Shown piece after piece: positions 35,266-38,770 of a stretch of DNA of 38,770 bases (its first letter is position 1; the number at the start of each line of letters is the position of its first letter). The position numbers and the translations under genes are program-made. Source of the stretch: Candidatus Omnitrophota bacterium. GTDB taxonomy: Bacteria > Omnitrophota > Gorgyraeia > Duberdicusellales > 4484-171. Below the pieces are notes generated by a model, which was not told the DNA's origin, searched no databases, and was given only the letters and a program-made list of their open reading frames with translations. The DNA lies in contig JAQUWY010000016.1 in NCBI GenBank assembly GCA_028692655.1, positions 1 through 38,770 of the forward strand, in the 5' to 3' direction.

Positions 35266-35727
35266 TCAGGGTTGTTGGCGGCTGATCTTTCCAGTAGGCC
35301 CTATTTCTACAATTTCTTTTACGATTATTTTAAGAATTCCCGGCTCCCGAGGGAACGAGAGTTCAAAATCCTTGTGGATTCTTTCTTTATGGATTCCGGA
35401 TATTACCCTTTTTACGGATAAATCAACCTGTTTACGGGAAAGCTCCTCAATTAAAGAGTCATACTCTGGCCCAGGTGAAACTATTTGGGCATCTCCGTTT
35501 ATCCTGTAACCCATCAGGCTCTCTGCATCCATAACGGGCAGAGAAACCCTGGGATTAATTTTTAAATTCTCCCAGGTCCTCCCCATCACGCAATCAACTA
35601 TATAAATTAAATTTTTTCTAGATTTTAAGAGAAACTTTGGTGCAGCATTCGGCTGGCCATTTAAATCACAACTGGCAATGTCTATAAACTCCAAACCCTT
35701 CAAGAGAACAGCAAGTTTCTTAATCAT
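35266..35727 (-). CDS. Pyridoxamine 5'-phosphate oxidase-like (split-barrel FMN-binding) family protein
   Basis: 153 aa. General fit to the PNPOx-like fold. No stronger signature. Confidence 0.45.
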   Translation of the reverse strand: MIKKLAVLLKGLEFIDIASCDLNGQPNAAPKFLLKSRKNLIYIVDCVMGRTWENLKINPRVSLPVMDAESLMGYRINGDAQIVSPGPEYDSLIEELSRKQVDLSVKRVISGIHKERIHKDFELSFPREPGILKIIVKEIVEIGPTGKISRQQP

Positions 35728-35786
35728 CTTGAAAAAAATATTTTAACTTCGCTGGACGAAAACTAACCCTTAGAAACCCAGCCCTT

Positions 35787-36077
35787 CTATTTATTGCAAT
35801 TAGGCATTTTTTTCATAGGATAGCCAGGAAGAGTTCTGCCGGACATCTTTTTGCCATACCTTACTGCTTTTGAACCGTAATGAACATTACGGATACCTCT
35901 TGCATATAGATTTACCGCCAAAATATAAATGGCTATTATCCATATACTGAAAGCCAGTATTCTGCCAAATTGCTGCAGGCCTCTGGAATCAGTTTTGCTT
36001 ACTGCAAAAAGAACGAAGAAGCTTACCACAAGCATAAAAATAACTTTTATAAGCATAAAAACTCCGAAAATACCCAT
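35787..36077 (-). CDS. Small two-TM membrane protein with a basic C-tail, carrying its own strong promoter
   Basis: 96 aa. GGAGG RBS 5 nt upstream. A TTGACA-16-TACAAT promoter lies at 36118-36145. Confidence 0.45.
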   Translation of the reverse strand: MGIFGVFMLIKVIFMLVVSFFVLFAVSKTDSRGLQQFGRILAFSIWIIAIYILAVNLYARGIRNVHYGSKAVRYGKKMSGRTLPGYPMKKMPNCNK

Positions 36078-36117
36078 AACAACCTCCTTTTTTATAAGCC
36101 GATCAACCTTCGATATA

Positions 36118-36145
36118 ATTGTAACGGTTTAATGCAGCCTGTCAA
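36118..36145 (-). promoter_or_regulatory. Near-consensus sigma70 promoter, 6 nt downstream of the dinB stop, driving the small membrane protein
   Basis: Minus strand: cTTGACAggctgcattaaaccgtTACAATtat, about 29 nt of leader, then AAGGAGG and ATG. Confidence 0.4.
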
Positions 36146-36150
36146 GAAAG

Positions 36151-37386
36151 TTAAAAAATAGAATCTTTCTCAGGTCCGGAAAACTTCAACCCGGCCGCAC
36201 GGACTATCGCTCCAGAACCAAACTTGGTTTTTATAATATCCACAGCTTCATGTATCTTTTTTAATTTATCATCCCGGGAATCTTTAAGAAAACTATCCTG
36301 AAAATCTTCGGGAATAAGAGTAGAAACATTAACTCCAATCAAGCGAATCTTTTTGCCCTTTAAATTGAAGCTTTTTAATATAGCTTCGGCTGATCCGTAT
36401 ATCACATCTACAAAATTGCTAGCTTTTATTAAAGTTTGTACCTTGGTATAAGTAGAAAAGTTTTTCAGCCGAATCTTAAGCGTCACAGCTCCGGCTTTAA
36501 GATTTTTCCGGCGTAAACGAAGAGAAACTGTCTCACATAAAAAAACGAGAGCTTGCCTTAACACTTCTTGGTTTTTTATGTCCTCTGGAAAAGTTATCTC
36601 TTTACTTAGGGATTTTATCAAATTTTTTAATTCAACTTTTCTGGAATCAATACCATTGGCCATCTCCCAGAAAAACCTGCCGGTTTTTCCGAAAATTTTC
36701 TCTAATTTTTCCGGTTCTACCCTGCTGAGCTGGCCTATAGTTGCTATGCCTGAACCGTTTAAAACCAGCCTGCTCTTTTTACCCAGGCCGGATATTTTCT
36801 CAATACTCAGCGGCTTTAGAAAATTAGTCAAATTTTTTGCGCAAACGATAGTTAAACCATCAGGCTTATTGATATCGGAAGCAATTTTTGCAGCCATTTT
36901 GTTAGGAGCACAACCTACTGAAGCAGTCAGGCCGGTTTCCTTTTTTATCTTTTCCTTTAGGAGCCGGCAAAGCCGGCTTGCACCGCCAAAAATTTCCAGG
37001 CTGCCGGTTATATCTAAAAAAGCTTCATCAATACTTACCTCCTCTACCTTAGGCGTAAACTGGTAAAACATATCCTGTATTCTTCTCGACTCTTTTATGT
37101 ACTTTTGCATATCCACAGGCAAAAAAATAGCTCCGGGACACTCGCAGTAAGCTCTGGATATGGGCATAGACGAATAAATACCATATTTTCTCGCTTCGTA
37201 GGAACAGGTAGAAACTACCCCCCTGCCTCTGCCTCTTTTAGGGTCAGCTCCTATAATAACAGGTTTACCCTTTAAACAAGAGTTATCACGCTGCTCTATG
37301 GCCGCGAAAAAGGCATCCATGTCAACATGCGCTATCGTTGTTATCTGCATATCTAAACGTTTAAAAAAGGGCTGTTTTTGCCTCAA
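36151..37386 (-). CDS. dinB: DNA polymerase IV (Y-family translesion polymerase)
   Basis: IAHVDMDAFFAAIEQRDN, SIDEAFLDIT, Y-family palm/fingers/little-finger layout. The track's start at 37386 is TTG overlapping the upstream stop. An internal ATG at about 37350 (MQITTIAHVDMD) matches E. coli DinB spacing and may be the real start. Confidence 0.85.
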   Translation of the reverse strand: MRQKQPFFKRLDMQITTIAHVDMDAFFAAIEQRDNSCLKGKPVIIGADPKRGRGRGVVSTCSYEARKYGIYSSMPISRAYCECPGAIFLPVDMQKYIKESRRIQDMFYQFTPKVEEVSIDEAFLDITGSLEIFGGASRLCRLLKEKIKKETGLTASVGCAPNKMAAKIASDINKPDGLTIVCAKNLTNFLKPLSIEKISGLGKKSRLVLNGSGIATIGQLSRVEPEKLEKIFGKTGRFFWEMANGIDSRKVELKNLIKSLSKEITFPEDIKNQEVLRQALVFLCETVSLRLRRKNLKAGAVTLKIRLKNFSTYTKVQTLIKASNFVDVIYGSAEAILKSFNLKGKKIRLIGVNVSTLIPEDFQDSFLKDSRDDKLKKIHEAVDIIKTKFGSGAIVRAAGLKFSGPEKDSIF

Positions 37387-38702
37387 AAAAAGGTATTTTG
37401 GGACATTTTACCCCCATCAAGACTACGCTCCAAAGCCCTTATAGCTTTAATGCGTAATAATATCGGCGGATGGCTATAGCTTAAGAAAACCTTAAGCGGA
37501 TGCGGAGTCAGGTTCGAAAGAGTATTAACAGTAAGTTTTTTTAAAGCCAGGATAAAAGCCTGGGGTTTATTGTAAGTCAAAACAGCATATCTATCCGCTT
37601 CGTATTCATGCCGCCGGGACAATGCATTACTTAAAATAGATATCCCTACATTTATAGGTGTGTATAAAAAAGCAAACAGACAAAGCCCGGCATAAACTGA
37701 GATTTCCTGCATTTTAAAAGCTGCAAACAATTCTTTTTGGGTAATAAATAACGACAATACGAAGAACATAAGGCCGGTAGTAAAAAAGGTCAGGATTATG
37801 CCTTTAAGTATATGTTTTTTCTTATAATGGCCCATTTCATGAGCAAGCACAGAAACTAGTTCTTCGGTAGTGTGCTGTTTTATTAAAGTATCATACAAAA
37901 CTATACGCCGATATTTACCGAAACCCACGAAAAAAGCGTTAGCTTTTGAGGAACGCCGGGAACCGTCCATGGTAAACAAACCTTTCATTTTAAAGTTTTG
38001 TGAAAAAGCGTATTCTTGTATTTGTTGTTTTAATTGCCCCTCTCCGAGGGGAATGAATTTATTGAATAAAGGAAAAATAAATATCGGAGCCACAAAAAGC
38101 AAGAAAATCTCAAAAGCGCTTACCCCTATCCAGCACCAAACCCAAGCTAAAGGCCCGGCTTTCATAAAAAAGAAAATAGTAAGCGCCAAGACTACTGCAC
38201 CTATTAGAGTTGCTAAAAACCAAGATTTTAGCAGGTCAAAAAAGAAAGTCCTGTAAGAGGTGCGGTTAAACCCGTATTTTTCTTCAATGACGAAAGTGCG
38301 GTAAAAAGAAAAGGGTAATTCCAGAACCTGCAAACCGGCAAAAAGAATTCCCGCAAATACCAAACCCGTAAGTAATTCTTCTAAATCAAAACTTCTCGCC
38401 AATTGGTCAACAAAATTAAAGCCACCGTAAATTATAAATAAAAAGGCAGTCAAGGTAAAAAAGGTAGCCTGAAAAATTTTTAAAAAAGTATTTTCCCGCA
38501 AATATTCCTGTGCTTTGCGATATTTGGCCGCGTCATAAAATCCCTCAAATTCAGGCGGTAATTTACTGGCAGCGGAAAAAATATTTAAAGCCTCAGCAGC
38601 AAAAGTCAAAAAGTAATTACCTAATAAAATAACTATAATAACCGCTAAATATAAACTCATTTTTCTTCTCGGAAGACTTCTGTAAAGGGATGAATAAAAC
38701 AC
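37383..38702 (-). CDS. Ste24-like M48 family zinc metalloprotease (CAAX-protease homolog)
   Basis: Multi-TM protein with HEMGHYKKKH (HExxH) and a Ste24-like N-terminus following TM1. Likely start is MSLYLAV at about 38660. The frame stays open upstream to the window edge. Confidence 0.75.
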   Translation of the reverse strand: MFYSSLYRSLPRRKMSLYLAVIIVILLGNYFLTFAAEALNIFSAASKLPPEFEGFYDAAKYRKAQEYLRENTFLKIFQATFFTLTAFLFIIYGGFNFVDQLARSFDLEELLTGLVFAGILFAGLQVLELPFSFYRTFVIEEKYGFNRTSYRTFFFDLLKSWFLATLIGAVVLALTIFFFMKAGPLAWVWCWIGVSAFEIFLLFVAPIFIFPLFNKFIPLGEGQLKQQIQEYAFSQNFKMKGLFTMDGSRRSSKANAFFVGFGKYRRIVLYDTLIKQHTTEELVSVLAHEMGHYKKKHILKGIILTFFTTGLMFFVLSLFITQKELFAAFKMQEISVYAGLCLFAFLYTPINVGISILSNALSRRHEYEADRYAVLTYNKPQAFILALKKLTVNTLSNLTPHPLKVFLSYSHPPILLRIKAIRALERSLDGGKMSQNTFF

Positions 38703-38770
38703 GCCGACAAGTGCCTTTTCGGTCTCAAACCGGCCACCCAGCCGCCGTAACAGTTGAGCGTGCTGACCTG

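Noticed and set aside
38703-38770. GC-rich window-end segment considered as the start of a structured RNA (RNase P or SRP RNA), because of GCUGACC and CAGGUCAG-like strings.
   Set aside because: The matches are 7-8 nt only. No further conserved blocks (GGAAAGUCCGG, GGAAGGAAGCAGCC) are present in the 68 nt available. An open protein frame continuous with the M48 gene is the simpler explanation.

Overview
This 38.8-kb window looks like a low-GC, lysine-rich bacterial chromosomal segment. Lifestyle and lineage cannot be called from sequence alone; the PPi-PFK signature, AmmeMemoRadiSam parts and many c-di-GMP modules hint at an anaerobic, Omnitrophota-like organism (speculation). Positions 1-31856 form one uninterrupted +strand gene array, with many 1-4 nt start/stop overlaps and AGGAGG RBSs. 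At about 32 kb the coding strand switches, and everything from 32228 to the window end is on the minus strand.

The recognisable core genes are:
- hflC with a partial hflK, purU, aroQ, an M24 Xaa-Pro aminopeptidase, efp, accB and accC
- a PPi-type phosphofructokinase, gmhA plus the heptose-1-P adenylyltransferase, thiE and thiC, aroB, deaD and dinB
- two M48 peptidases, a site-2 protease and an M23/LysM lipoprotein

The accessory-looking content is:
- a sugar ABC transporter translationally coupled to two paralogous clan GH-A glycoside hydrolases, plus a secreted protein built from two tandem CBM-like repeats
- tRNA-Gly(CCC) followed by two perfect tandem 121-bp repeats, each ending in a copy of the tRNA 3' end
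- a PilZ / FCS-type zinc ribbon / PilZ mini-operon with a near-consensus sigma70 promoter, immediately upstream of a conserved hypothetical gene and the AmmeMemoRadiSam radical SAM enzyme; the Memo-like partner lies 20 kb away and no AMMECR1 gene is present
- a P-loop-dead Arch_ATPase/DUF234-like protein followed by three translationally coupled nucleotide phosphohydrolases (MPE, HIT, HD-GYP)
- a ThiE-associated N-terminal-like ORF that overlaps thiE at a G6 homopolymer
- a small minus-strand triad (AT-hook + RHH protein, DUF45/YgjP M48-like peptidase, 65-aa ORF) flanked by unusually long non-coding stretches

No CRISPR array, transposase or integrase was seen. All calls rest on motif recognition by eye, since no searches could be run. 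Coordinates I derived myself (small ORFs, motifs, hairpins) may be off by 1-2 nt.
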